Part shown: positions 1 to 9,392 of the stretch, one piece after another
Layout of the letters: each line of letters begins with the position of its first letter
How positions within the stretch are numbered: the stretch's first letter is position 1
Origin: a virus
Lineage: Duplodnaviria; Caudoviricetes
IMG/VR virus record: IMGVR_UViG_3300033153_009450
Location: 1 to 61,278 of that record
DNA: 61,278 nucleotides
Reading direction: 5' to 3' (one strand)
Position numbers and translations under genes: made by a program
The notes under the pieces: generated by a model
Database searches by the model: none
Seen by the model: only the letters and a program-made list of their open reading frames with translations
Told to the model about the DNA's origin: nothing

Positions 1-114
1 CACCGGCGCACGAAAGATTTGACAAGAATTTTTCGTTCTTTCTCATCACCGCTCGCCGCTATTATTTGGCCTGCAATATCATTTAAGGCATCATCGACCT
101 TGCGCCAGGCGGAA
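1..114. repeat. Terminal direct repeat, left copy (assembly overlap)
   Basis: Identical to 61165-61278. Confidence 0.97.
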
Positions 115-419
115 ATACGCTCAACCTTGTCCGCAATCTCTTCCCTGGACCAATCAAGGCACTGCTTCTCCATTTCCTCAAGTGCATCAAGGTCTTTTGG
201 CAGCTCTTTCTCGACATGGTCTTTAAATATTTTCTGTGACTCGGATGCGTTCTCATCGCTGCGTTTCTTCAACCAGCGGGAAACCGTAGGTTGGGAGATC
301 TTGAAACCGGCGGCAGTAAGAATAGCCGCGATCTGTCCGCCCTTCTTTTTTTCATCAATATTTAACCTGATGATTTCAGGTCCAAGGTTATGTTGATCAA
401 TAATCCCGACTTTAGGCAT
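1..419 (-). CDS. terS: Terminase small subunit-like HTH protein, 5' part (spans the circular junction; about 222 aa in total)
   Basis: Hand translation from ATG at 419: MPKVGIIDQHNLGPEIIRL...FKISQPTVSRWLKK (HTH-like); stays in frame with 60915..61175; lies directly upstream of terL. Confidence 0.7.
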   Translation of the reverse strand, partial: MPKVGIIDQHNLGPEIIRLNIDEKKKGGQIAAILTAAGFKISQPTVSRWLKKRSDENASESQKIFKDHVEKELPKDLDALEEMEKQCLDWSREEIADKVERISAWRKVDDALNDIAGQIIAASGDEKERKILVKSFVRR

Positions 420-444
420 TTAGAACCTTTCCGTTTCTTTTCCT

Positions 445-708
445 TTGAGCTTTCAGCTTTGAGCTTCTTTAATTCATTGAAACCCACCAGAACAATCCAA
501 ACTTAGAAAAATACATAACTCCGCTTAGCATGTTTTTCTCCTGTTCCGATGCTCTGGCGGCAATGCTCTGCGCTTGCCCGCCGTCTATCTGGTGGGTTGT
601 CGCCTTCCCATCGTTCGCGCTTTCTTCTGTAATTCCCGTATCACTTTCGTCATTCCGGGCTTGACCCGGAATCCAGTCTTTACCTTCAGCCTTCAACCTT
701 CAACCTTT
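445..708. repeat. Cluster of heptamer tracts and palindromes (families C, D-like and E)
   Basis: TGAGCTT tract at 445; GCCCGCCGTCTATCTGGTGGG at 576; GTCATTCCGGGCTTGACCCGGAATCCAG at 649; CCTTCAR tract at 683. Confidence 0.8.
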
Positions 709-1064
709 CTTCCTGTCTTCAATTCACTTCATTATTCAATACAGACGAATCATAACACGGTTTTTGACGGAATTATCTGGTAGGGTAGGGGGGTAAACTA
801 AGAAAAGACTTATGAAGATTTATAGAGAAACTATACGAGAAAAAATCTTTGGCAGGACGTCACTTTTTCCTTGACATGCATAAATTCATACAAAATACAG
901 CGTATTCACATAATCAAACTACCACATCCTGATTTTACTCAGGGGCAGGGCATAAGTTATTCCAAATCCGAGCTTAGGATTATAAACCGGCATGTCACCA
1001 CCGAATATAAATCCCCGCAATCTTTTATACCATAAAAGATCGTTCACAGGTTCCTTCGCCATTT

Positions 1065-1349
1065 TCACACCTCCTTTATTTCCCTTTCTCCATCAGTAAA
1101 TATTGGCTCAAGTCGTTGGGCATCTACGGTAAACTTTCCAGGGCCGTCAGGACTAATGAAAAAATACAATTCGCGAACGAACCCGGGGGCGTCTTTATGT
1201 CTCATCAGTTCGGATTCAACCCTAACGGGGTATAGTTTACCATCTCTACCCCTATAGTTTGCCTTTTCTCCTATCGAAAAGGAAATCTCGACACCCGAAA
1301 TACCTGGCTCCCAATTATACTTTGATAAATAAACCATCGGTTTTAACAT
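1065..1349 (-). CDS. Hypothetical protein
   Basis: 94-aa ORF with GAGGA RBS, same strand as neighbours. Confidence 0.6.
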   Translation of the reverse strand: MLKPMVYLSKYNWEPGISGVEISFSIGEKANYRGRDGKLYPVRVESELMRHKDAPGFVRELYFFISPDGPGKFTVDAQRLEPIFTDGEREIKEV

Positions 1350-1367
1350 TAATAATCCTCCTTTCCT

Positions 1368-1757
1368 TCAAATTAGCAAAAACCAACATTCCTCACCATT
1401 TTTACGCCAACCTTCCATACCACGCCAATGGCATCGTACAGCCCCGCAAGAACAACGCTCACGACCTGCCACGTTACTATCAACCAAAACCTTTCTACCA
1501 CAAAAAAGACACGGCCACCATACAAAACCGGCTTCAAGCTGATCACCTGTCTCTTGGATAGCCCCGGTATATACTTCACCTCTCTTTGCTCCTGGCATAA
1601 CCGGAGTTTGATCTGTTATCACTTCCATCCTTAACACAATTTCTATTTTTTCAACCATTCTCAACATCCCTCCTTTCCTTCCTGAAAACCCGCACCCCCA
1701 GTTAAAAATTAACCATGGGTGAGAGCAAAAGTCCCTGAAATTTTTCACACCAACCAA
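1368..1757 (-). CDS. Hypothetical zinc-ribbon protein (start probably nearer 1667)
   Basis: CLFC...CSC motif; AGGAGG upstream of the internal Met. Confidence 0.55.
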   Translation of the reverse strand: MVGVKNFRDFCSHPWLIFNWGCGFSGRKGGMLRMVEKIEIVLRMEVITDQTPVMPGAKRGEVYTGAIQETGDQLEAGFVWWPCLFCGRKVLVDSNVAGRERCSCGAVRCHWRGMEGWRKNGEECWFLLI

Positions 1758-2176
1758 GTTGATATAGGGGGGTAGGGACTCCAGTCTCCGCTTTTCCGAT
1801 TTCCGGCTTTCCGTTTTTCATCATCTCACCCACCTGGCCCTGGACACATCCCGGTCCGATTGCCGCCCATCATCCGATCCGAAATCTCCCTTCTAAATTC
1901 CAAAATCATAAACCTCAACTCCCGGACTTTCGATCTCCCGACAATCACTCGAAAGCCATCGACACATCCAGGATTGAACTGTAAGTCGCAAGAATTTAAA
2001 GTTTACACTCTGTATATTATCTGACCTTGATTTTTCATTTTCGACCTGGAGGCTATCAATCAACCACGCTTCGACCTGGATCTTCACGATTTTGAAATTT
2101 CGCCAAAGTGGCACAAACCGCTCTATGGTCATATGCTCACAACCTCCATTTCCAGCCCACTGGCCTAAATCGCCGC

Positions 2177-2512
2177 TCATCGCCCGTAACCGCCTATAAT
2201 CCCATTTCCAGACGTAAACCCCGGACTTACAGTATTATTTATTGTTTTTCTCAATTCTTGAGCCAATATCGGATGACATACCACGGTCCCACCATCGACC
2301 AAATACCATGTCTCCGTATCAGGAACCCGCCGCACATACTTCTTAGCACACTTCTTTCTGATCCTCTTTTTCTTGGATCTTGGAAAGAAATACTGCTCCG
2401 GTTTCGTCAACAACGGATTCCCAATCACCCTTATGCCGCCCGTGAACCTCCGGCCTAATCCTGCATCAAACAACCTCTCCGCCAGTCCTAAGCCGTATTG
2501 CTCTTCCATCAT
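2177..2512 (-). CDS. Hypothetical protein
   Basis: 111-aa ORF with GGAGG-like RBS; RSKKKRIRKK motif typical of small phage proteins. Confidence 0.6.
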   Translation of the reverse strand: MMEEQYGLGLAERLFDAGLGRRFTGGIRVIGNPLLTKPEQYFFPRSKKKRIRKKCAKKYVRRVPDTETWYLVDGGTVVCHPILAQELRKTINNTVSPGFTSGNGIIGGYGR

Positions 2513-2769
2513 ATACCTCCTTCCGAGTATCCTTAATTCAAATCACCACAAATCTCAATTCAAATCCCCATTTCAATAATAAATAGTGTTTTCAAGGTGT
2601 TATCTCGCCCGCCCTTTTCCCCCTCTTAACCCAACATTTACCGCCCATTCCATGTATTTCTATCTGAATCCTGGACCGCCGATTTCCAAAAAACTTTAAA
2701 TCTTCACCTCTATATCGTGTTATTATTCAGATCCGCCGATCAACATAAGACTTTTCCTTATCGGACCTG

Positions 2770-3030
2770 GTTTCCAGGCTATTTCATGCTTTTAATGAAC
2801 CTTTTCATGCTTTCATCATACTTTCAGGTTGATTTTACTTATTATTTCAACCACTCACGTTTTTGACCCTTTATTTTCTACCTTAACTTATATTTTTTAT
2901 AAGAAGAAAGAATAATATATAAAGGTTGTATACACCTGAAACCATGAAAACATGAATTCCTTGACTTAATTAAGTTAAACCATACAGTTACGCCTTCATA
3001 CTTTCATTTTCATTTCATGAAATAGGTGGT
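2770..3030. promoter_or_regulatory. Putative replication origin (TTCATG/CATGAA iterons around an AT-rich core)
   Basis: Non-coding, directly downstream of the D5 helicase; clustered ttcat(g) repeats in both orientations flanking an AT-rich tract at about 2880-2930. Confidence 0.55.
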
Positions 3031-3151
3031 TATAAATTAAATTTGGGATAAAAGGGAAAAACGCAAACGCCCGAAACCCAAAAAAAAATAAAAGCACTTG
3101 ACGCAGAAAACATGCAGTCATCACAGCTCCTTTTTTAAGCCTCGTTTCTTC

Positions 3152-4945
3152 TTATACGTCTATTGCGTGCGGATTTGCCAGTAGACCCATACCGTAAAAA
3201 TACTCTCTCGTGCCTTTAGGATCTTTTCTTTTCTTAACCTGCGGAAAATTCAAATTGATCTGCTCATAGAAATTCTGCTTACCCAACCCCTGGACCTTTC
3301 CATCCTCACACCAATCCGTATAAGCCTTATACAACATGGCAGGCAATACCTTTATTTCTGTTACCTTGGCTTCATCCTCGCTGAGCTTACAAAGCTCGTC
3401 CACGAACACCAGGACTGGGTTGACCTTATGCCTAAACCGCTTCTTCGCCATCACGACCGACTCAGGGACCTGTATCTCATCATTTTTTAACACCTGCTCC
3501 AGCCCTTCCATAGCCCACTTAAATACCCCGTTCAATTCCGTCTCAATTATTTTATCCGCTCTACGCTTATCGTCTTCTTTGCCCTCAAAGCTTTGTTTAT
3601 ATTCCATCACTATGATTCTTCGGAAAAAGGCGTCCGTCTTCTCTTTAACGCCCGGAAACGAATTCATAGAGATCATGTGCTTGGCAATCGGTATGAATTT
3701 AATATCCGACTTGTATTTGACTTCCGCCTGGATCTCATCCCCGGCACAAATAGCTTTAAAGTTCGTGACATCGAGCTGCTTGGCTTCGGTTTCACCACAA
3801 CTGTTCAGGAGCTTGTCTTTCAGCTCAATCGGCCCGAAATCCTTTTCCATTCGTTTCATGGAAATATGGCTCACGTTATCTTTTCCAAGGACAGCGCATA
3901 AGACTTTTTCTACCAGCGCTTTTCCATTACGCCCCTGGCCGATCTGGAAGAGCGCAGCCGGAAATATTATTTTCGGATAAAGACAATACCCACAAAACTG
4001 CTGTAGCACGTCCGCCTTCTCAAGATCATCGGCAAAAATACCTGCCAGCGTCTCAATCCAAAGGCCGCAAGCCGCTTTTTCGTCATATTTCACGTTTAAT
4101 TGGACACGCGAATTAAAATCGGGAGAATGAGGGGCGGTTTTCTTGGTAGGCAGATGCAGCATGGTATTTGTAATGTTCAACCACATAGGGTCTGCCGCTA
4201 TTTCATCCGGTGCGCCTTTATAGGTTTGTGCCTCTAACAACGTGATAGCATCCCGGATCCAGTTTGGTTTGGCGTTTTTACCCAGCTCTTTTCGGCATTC
4301 CCTCCACAACTCCGCGTATGGCAGGAATTTCCATACGCCATGCTTGCGGTACTGATAAAACAGATCTCCAAAATCTCGTCCTTCATGCATCAACGGCTGG
4401 AATTTCTTTTCCATCCAATCCGCCATCTCAGCAGGTACGAACCGTGGCCGCTTGCCTTCTGCGCTTATTATTAAAAATGGTTTATCAGGATCTGATTTTT
4501 TTTTTGATGGAGAGGAAGGGGAGGGCGATTTCGCAGGCGGCTTCCAGTTTGGATCATAACCCTGGCAAAATGGTGCAAGCGATTCTTCGCCGGAGATCTC
4601 TCTCCTGGCATCAAACCAGGTGCGGGTTGCACATCCCGTGTGAAAGCACTGGTAGGCTAATCCGCCATCATCAAATTGTTGAATCGAGGCATCCCACCCA
4701 TGATCAGGGTTGAACAGGCATGAAATCTTGTAGATAGTGAAATTATCGCCGTGGCGTGGTGCTTTTCGGTCATAGGCGATGCCAAAATGAGATAAATACT
4801 TTTCAACGTCCAGAGGGCCTAAATCGGCTTTACCAGAGCCACGTGGCTGGACTTTCTCGGCCCTGGCCGTATCCTGGCCTTCCTTCTTTTTCTTTTCAAT
4901 AGCAGCGCCTCTGGCTGCAAGCGCTGCTAATCCTTTAGCTGGCAT
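3152..4945 (-). CDS. P4/D5-family SF3 helicase with N-terminal Cys/His domain and C-terminal winged helix
   Basis: Walker A GQGRNGK, D5_N-like segment, FFRR motif, C-terminal LYKAYTDWC. Confidence 0.9.
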   Translation of the reverse strand: MPAKGLAALAARGAAIEKKKKEGQDTARAEKVQPRGSGKADLGPLDVEKYLSHFGIAYDRKAPRHGDNFTIYKISCLFNPDHGWDASIQQFDDGGLAYQCFHTGCATRTWFDARREISGEESLAPFCQGYDPNWKPPAKSPSPSSPSKKKSDPDKPFLIISAEGKRPRFVPAEMADWMEKKFQPLMHEGRDFGDLFYQYRKHGVWKFLPYAELWRECRKELGKNAKPNWIRDAITLLEAQTYKGAPDEIAADPMWLNITNTMLHLPTKKTAPHSPDFNSRVQLNVKYDEKAACGLWIETLAGIFADDLEKADVLQQFCGYCLYPKIIFPAALFQIGQGRNGKALVEKVLCAVLGKDNVSHISMKRMEKDFGPIELKDKLLNSCGETEAKQLDVTNFKAICAGDEIQAEVKYKSDIKFIPIAKHMISMNSFPGVKEKTDAFFRRIIVMEYKQSFEGKEDDKRRADKIIETELNGVFKWAMEGLEQVLKNDEIQVPESVVMAKKRFRHKVNPVLVFVDELCKLSEDEAKVTEIKVLPAMLYKAYTDWCEDGKVQGLGKQNFYEQINLNFPQVKKRKDPKGTREYFYGMGLLANPHAIDV

Positions 4946-5667
4946 ACCGGCACATCTTTCAGCTTGGTCGGCTGGTCAGTGAATAGAAAACTCTTCCGAT
5001 GCGGACGGTCCTTTATCGAATCCCCCTTCCTTGCAGATGTGCCGTAAATTTTCCAAATCCTGGCAGGGTTGAATACAGACAGATCAACATTAACCTGTTC
5101 GTTCCCGCAGACTTCCTCCAGATTCATCAAAATATCCTTTATCAACGCCTTATTGTCCCCGTTATTCTCCAGGTCATCGAGCCTGTATACTATATGATAC
5201 CCGTTGCCCGAGCACGCTCGTATCCCTTTTTCCAGGCCGAATTCGCCCTCAAGGAACTCCGTAACCTTCTTAGCCACGTCTTTAGTTAGCGCCAACTCTT
5301 CATCGCTGGAAGATATCCCGGACGGTCGCACAGGGTCCAGGTCGATGGGCAGCCACCGCAGGCATCTAATATCATGATCCGCAGTGGTGTTCTTCATCAC
5401 GCTGGGAGACACCTTTAGACAATTCGCTGATCTTGCAAGTAACGCCGGCACACAAGGATTGAGAGTAAAGTAAACCCCGCGTGCCTTACGCTTATCCAGG
5501 GCCAGCGCATCCCTCGCGAAATCTTTCTTGTTATCATAATACCCGGCAATAGTGCTTTTCGGCCCGGCGAATCCCTCCCACAACTGGCTCTTACCGGTCA
5601 ACCCGAACGCCCGGATCTCCACAACTTCACCTTTTTTGAAAAATAAATCATATACCTTCCCCGGCAT
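4927..5667 (-). CDS. AEP-type primase domain
   Basis: VYFTLNP, IDLD, SGNGYH and NPARIWKIYGT motifs; overlaps the helicase ORF. Confidence 0.8.
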   Translation of the reverse strand: MPGKVYDLFFKKGEVVEIRAFGLTGKSQLWEGFAGPKSTIAGYYDNKKDFARDALALDKRKARGVYFTLNPCVPALLARSANCLKVSPSVMKNTTADHDIRCLRWLPIDLDPVRPSGISSSDEELALTKDVAKKVTEFLEGEFGLEKGIRACSGNGYHIVYRLDDLENNGDNKALIKDILMNLEEVCGNEQVNVDLSVFNPARIWKIYGTSARKGDSIKDRPHRKSFLFTDQPTKLKDVPVCQLKD

Positions 5668-5669
5668 AG

Positions 5670-5882
5670 TTATCCCTCCTGCTTAGATGGTTTCCATTGC
5701 TCTATTATAGATTTAGATTTCAACATCTCATAACCAGGATCATCTCTGTAAATCCTGCAATAATATAAAACCATTCTTTTGACTATTTCCCCGCCTGGAT
5801 AGATTAAACAATCAGTCTCTTCGACCGTCTGCACTAATAAATATTTTCCGTTCTTATGTGATTTGATATATAATTTTCCCAT
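5670..5882 (-). CDS. Hypothetical protein
   Basis: ORF packed in the early operon. Confidence 0.5.
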   Translation of the reverse strand: MGKLYIKSHKNGKYLLVQTVEETDCLIYPGGEIVKRMVLYYCRIYRDDPGYEMLKSKSIIEQWKPSKQEG

Positions 5883-6126
5883 CCGTTTTTCCCTGGATCA
5901 CTGTATTGACTCCTATGCCTTCAAAACGTAGGCCATCTAAGTATTGTCTTGTCCCAGAACACCGCCTGGACTCCAAAACAATAGATAAGAAATAGTTTCG
6001 GGACATAGGATAGAAGGCTTTTTCTTTTTTGAGCCAACTACAAAACATCTTGTATAGTATCTCGACATTAATAGATAAATCTGGGTTGAGAATCACCTCG
6101 CCTGACTCACTCAGGTATTGCTTCAC
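5854..6126 (-). CDS. Stand-alone winged-helix protein resembling the D5 helicase C-terminus
   Basis: LYKMFCSW...MSRNYF...RFEGIG parallels LYKAYTDW...LGKQNF...YFYGMG of 3152..4945. Confidence 0.55.
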   Translation of the reverse strand: MKQYLSESGEVILNPDLSINVEILYKMFCSWLKKEKAFYPMSRNYFLSIVLESRRCSGTRQYLDGLRFEGIGVNTVIQGKTDGKIIYQIT

Positions 6127-6222
6127 CAGCCCTTTATTTTTGTGCCACTATATCGTTTTTCATTATTTTATTAAGCTGGTTTGCCATGGCCACAAATGCG
6201 TTTACAAGGACTACCGGCACCT

Positions 6223-6636
6223 CTATTGTTCTTTCCATTTCAAAGCCTCCTTAAATTTCTTCCAAAACCGTGCCACTTTTGCGGTCAATGTTGGGCGTGT
6301 TAGGCGTTTAATCATAACATCTCTTTCAACGATCATTTCAACCGCCTCAGCGAGCTTTTGCGCCCATCTCGCGCTGTATGCCGGTGGATCTCCATCCCAA
6401 GCATAAAGCTTATCCATATAATAGTTTATATATCTATCTTTCCCTGCAGGCATCTCGCTGATTCGGCGCACATCAATATGCCTACACAACTCCAACATCG
6501 GGATAATTTTATCCTCGAAAAAACTGAATTGGTCGGGGTCAAGACTCTCCGCACACATTTTAGAGAAATTTTCAGCTATTGTTGTTTCGTATAATTTGTC
6601 CATAGCATACCTTCTTCCTGTTTTTACGTGTTTCAT
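6223..6636 (-). CDS. Hypothetical protein
   Basis: 137-aa ORF in operon. Confidence 0.55.
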   Translation of the reverse strand: MKHVKTGRRYAMDKLYETTIAENFSKMCAESLDPDQFSFFEDKIIPMLELCRHIDVRRISEMPAGKDRYINYYMDKLYAWDGDPPAYSARWAQKLAEAVEMIVERDVMIKRLTRPTLTAKVARFWKKFKEALKWKEQ

Positions 6637-6675
6637 GCATTTTACATCCCTCTTTCCTTTGAGCTTTGAGCTTCT

Positions 6676-7563
6676 TCATATTTGTTCCACAAACCCCGCC
6701 GCGCCCTTATGCCCGCCCCCGCCTTTGGCCTTGGCAATCGCCCCGACATCAACGGTCGCGCTATACAGATTATTCTCCCGCACCATGCCGACAACATCTT
6801 TCCTCGTCTCCGTATAGCACCATGCGATGTCATAACCCAATTCTTGCCTTACAACCTCGCCCATATCGCCGGACCCTGGATAGTTCATTTTCAGGACCCG
6901 GTACGGTTGAGGTAAATGAGTTCCGTCCAACTTGACTTCGTATCCCAACCGCAGCGCAATGCTCTTTAGTTGCCTCCGCCTGGCCTTTCGCAACGCTTTA
7001 CCGGTAGAAAGATACGTCAATATTTCATCCGTAGTTGCCTGGGTAAGATACCAGTCCCACAATTTACTATTAGGATGGGTATCCTCTTCCTGGAGATATA
7101 TTTCATAAAAAAACCTGGTATCATCCCCATGCTCAAACTTCCACAAATCCCGGTCTGCGATAAAACGCACAGGGAGTGGGAGTTCTGTTGCCGGATTGAG
7201 ACTGGTATTACAGAAAACCCACACAAGGAAACACGCGGCATGGGTGGTCATTCGCGTCCCGTTTAAACGCTCGAATGTCTCGAACAGCTCTTTTTGCGTC
7301 TCATGATGATCAAACCAGTAAAAATTACTCTCACCTACCAACTGGGCTAAGTGGAACATATCCGGCTCACCATAAGAAAAATCCACAACCCAGATCTCAT
7401 CTTTGCCATGTACCAGCTCATTCAATCGGTCCCATGGGACGGGATCGGCGTAATCCGTTGCAATATACTCCACCTCGGTATCTTCAAATTTCTGATACCG
7501 CCCGGCAATAGCTGCCGAGCACTTCCCATCCGCATCATTATGATAAATAATAACCTTCTTCAT
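6676..7563 (-). CDS. DHH/DHHA1 phosphoesterase (nanoRNase-like)
   Basis: YHNDADG, VVDFS, FDHH, DRDLW and GGGGHKGAAGF motifs. Confidence 0.9.
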   Translation of the reverse strand: MKKVIIYHNDADGKCSAAIAGRYQKFEDTEVEYIATDYADPVPWDRLNELVHGKDEIWVVDFSYGEPDMFHLAQLVGESNFYWFDHHETQKELFETFERLNGTRMTTHAACFLVWVFCNTSLNPATELPLPVRFIADRDLWKFEHGDDTRFFYEIYLQEEDTHPNSKLWDWYLTQATTDEILTYLSTGKALRKARRRQLKSIALRLGYEVKLDGTHLPQPYRVLKMNYPGSGDMGEVVRQELGYDIAWCYTETRKDVVGMVRENNLYSATVDVGAIAKAKGGGGHKGAAGFVEQI

Positions 7564-7715
7564 ACTTTTACCCCTCCCTTTTTTATTCTGTTAACCGGGC
7601 ACCTCGATCTCGTGCTTTCTTTAAAAGCTGAGACGCCCTTACAGCCGCCTGTTTCGTGTAATATTCCTCCACTTTTGTCTCCCCCATCATTATCCTCCTT
7701 CCTGTCCGCCATAGC

Positions 7716-7922
7716 TCATAAGAGCGACGGCGGATCACCCCCTTCCTCAGTTTCTTTTGCTGTGAGCTGTGAGCTATGAGCTTCTTCCAGCATCCCCAAC
7801 AACTTGGCCGTAAACCGCATCCGCCCGGCATTCACATATGTAACCCGGAAAACATACGGCCCTAAATTAAACTCAAATCCGATGGGCGGCAGCCACCGCG
7901 CTTTGTCCTTGTTGGTCGCCAA
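7716..7922 (-). CDS. Hypothetical protein
   Basis: 68-aa ORF; C-terminus carries heptamer- and palindrome-derived residues. Confidence 0.5.
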   Translation of the reverse strand: MATNKDKARWLPPIGFEFNLGPYVFRVTYVNAGRMRFTAKLLGMLEEAHSSQLTAKETEEGGDPPSLL

Positions 7923-8187
7923 ATTGAACTCCCTTGTCCGCCATAGCCTTGGCGACGGCGGATGAGCTTCTTGCTAATTGATACACCGGGCAAACCTCAA
8001 CCGACTTACACCTGACCTCGCACACACGGATATTCAGCCGTGGATTCCCCCTGCGATTCGGACAATGAACATATTTAATTTCCTGAAAGTCTTGAATTTT
8101 TAACTTTGAGTCATTCGACCTTGAGGCTCTCGACAGGCTTTCAGCCGTTCGGCCCTGAGCCCGTCGAAGGGCTTTCAGCTTTAACAT
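7873..8187 (-). CDS. Hypothetical Cys-rich protein with in-frame repeat insertions
   Basis: HCPNR...CEVRCKSVEVCPVY core; LRRAQG and SAVAKAMADK derive from palindromes. Confidence 0.5.
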   Translation of the reverse strand: MLKLKALRRAQGRTAESLSRASRSNDSKLKIQDFQEIKYVHCPNRRGNPRLNIRVCEVRCKSVEVCPVYQLARSSSAVAKAMADKGVQFGDQQGQSAVAAAHRI

Positions 8188-8933
8188 TATCCCTCCTTTC
8201 TGTTACTCCCCAATATCCCGTAACCAGCAATATCCTTAAACGGGTTCTCAAGGGCAGTGTCTTTATAGCCCGTTGCAACCCGGAACAGCTTGTCTATTAT
8301 CCTGGTAACAGCCAGCATGTCACCATACTGATCCGGCTTAATCCCGTCCGGATACAAAGCCCGTAAAACTTGCCCCGATCTACCGAACGAATCCCCATAA
8401 GCCTTCTGTTTCTGATCAACCATGCACCCAATCGCATACGCTATGGCAGTATACTGCCCGGCAACTGTCCGTGGTGGTCCGTTTTCCTCAAACAAAGACT
8501 TGGCCTTATAAAGAATCTCCCCTGGGAAAGGTTCCCTCCCGCTCATGAACCTCGCTATCGGATCATCACCTGATATCGCTTGCCTCACATCCGCCCATCT
8601 CTTATTCGCGCAACCAGCGTGTGGACAATTATATGTCACCATACCTGACGGTGATTGAATAATAGCTGTCTTGAGAGGCCAATGAGTTTCGACAACTGGT
8701 GCGCCGAAAATACAATGTTCAAGAAAATAATATTTGTCGTTATTAGGTGTCACTTGCTTCTTAAATCCAATCCCATAATGCTCAAGATATGCACCTACGT
8801 CTAATGTCCCTAATTCTGGCTGTGTCGTTCCCTGCTTATTCTCCTTTAGCCTTTCACCTGACTTTCGGACCTCGTTTACTGGTAGTACCAGATCTTTTTC
8901 TTCTTCCGCCTGACCTACTTCTGTATCTTCCAT
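8187..8933 (-). CDS. Fusion of a helicase-type Cys/His domain and a DUF6378/Nmad-like helical domain
   Basis: N-terminal half aligns by eye to the N-terminus of 3152..4945; C-terminal KQKAYGDSF...DKLFR...ENPFKDIAGYG. Confidence 0.65.
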   Translation of the reverse strand: MEDTEVGQAEEEKDLVLPVNEVRKSGERLKENKQGTTQPELGTLDVGAYLEHYGIGFKKQVTPNNDKYYFLEHCIFGAPVVETHWPLKTAIIQSPSGMVTYNCPHAGCANKRWADVRQAISGDDPIARFMSGREPFPGEILYKAKSLFEENGPPRTVAGQYTAIAYAIGCMVDQKQKAYGDSFGRSGQVLRALYPDGIKPDQYGDMLAVTRIIDKLFRVATGYKDTALENPFKDIAGYGILGSNRKEG

Positions 8934-8977
8934 CCTTACCTCTCCTTTCCTTTTAGCTTTCAGCCTTGAGTCGTCAG

Positions 8978-8998
8978 ACCCTGAGCTTGCCGAAGGGC
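8978..8998. repeat. Family B palindrome, representative copy
   Basis: CCCTGAGCTTGCCGAAGGG; also near 8152, 22953, 25476 and 55020. Confidence 0.8.
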
Positions 8999-9044
8999 TT
9001 TGAGCTTCTTTTCGCTTTGAGCTTTCAGCTTTGAGCCTTGAGCT

Positions 9045-9392
9045 TTAATCCTTCACTTTATAAACCTTCCCATTACCCGGATGCACAAGCGTCATATCCT
9101 CATCTTCTTTTAAAACAGTCCTGGTCTTCCTGTCCGCCATAGCCTTGGCGGCGGCGGATGTGTTTCTCTTCTTTTTCGGCAGATCAAAGGGGCATTCCGG
9201 GATCTCGTTATTCATCCATTTATCTAATACCCGGACATCATACAGCCTGATCCGGTTATCCCCGCCATGCGGCAGATCACGCGAGTGAGAATCAAACATA
9301 GACTGCGAGATCCCGCAATATTTAGCCGCCTCTTCTCGTCGCAGCCAGGGAGTCGTTATAGTCCGGCCATTGCCCATTTTGATTTCCTTCAT
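9045..9392 (-). CDS. Excisionase-like HTH DNA-binding protein
   Basis: WLRREEAAKYCGIS...RLYDVRVLDKWM (HTH_17/Xis pattern). Confidence 0.7.
   Translation of the reverse strand: MKEIKMGNGRTITTPWLRREEAAKYCGISQSMFDSHSRDLPHGGDNRIRLYDVRVLDKWMNNEIPECPFDLPKKKRNTSAAAKAMADRKTRTVLKEDEDMTLVHPGNGKVYKVKD
9132..9158. repeat. Family A palindrome, representative copy (in frame in the Xis-like gene)
   Basis: GTCCGCCATAGCCTTGGCGGCGGCGGA; related copies near 7704, 7936, 15284, 16633, 16677, 25265, 25465, 31775, 37571, 39314, 39389, 48947, 52129, 55009 and 56051. Confidence 0.9.

Noticed and set aside
1-114. 114-bp repeat as biological terminal repeats
   Set aside because: It falls in the middle of the terS frame, so it is more likely an assembly overlap of a circular or permuted genome
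469-696. 75-aa ORF
   Set aside because: Mostly a concatenation of repeat elements (KAEG, WIPGQARND, HQIDGGQ)
871-899. Sigma70 promoter at TTGACA 871
   Set aside because: No good -10 at 16-18 bp spacing and no plus-strand gene downstream
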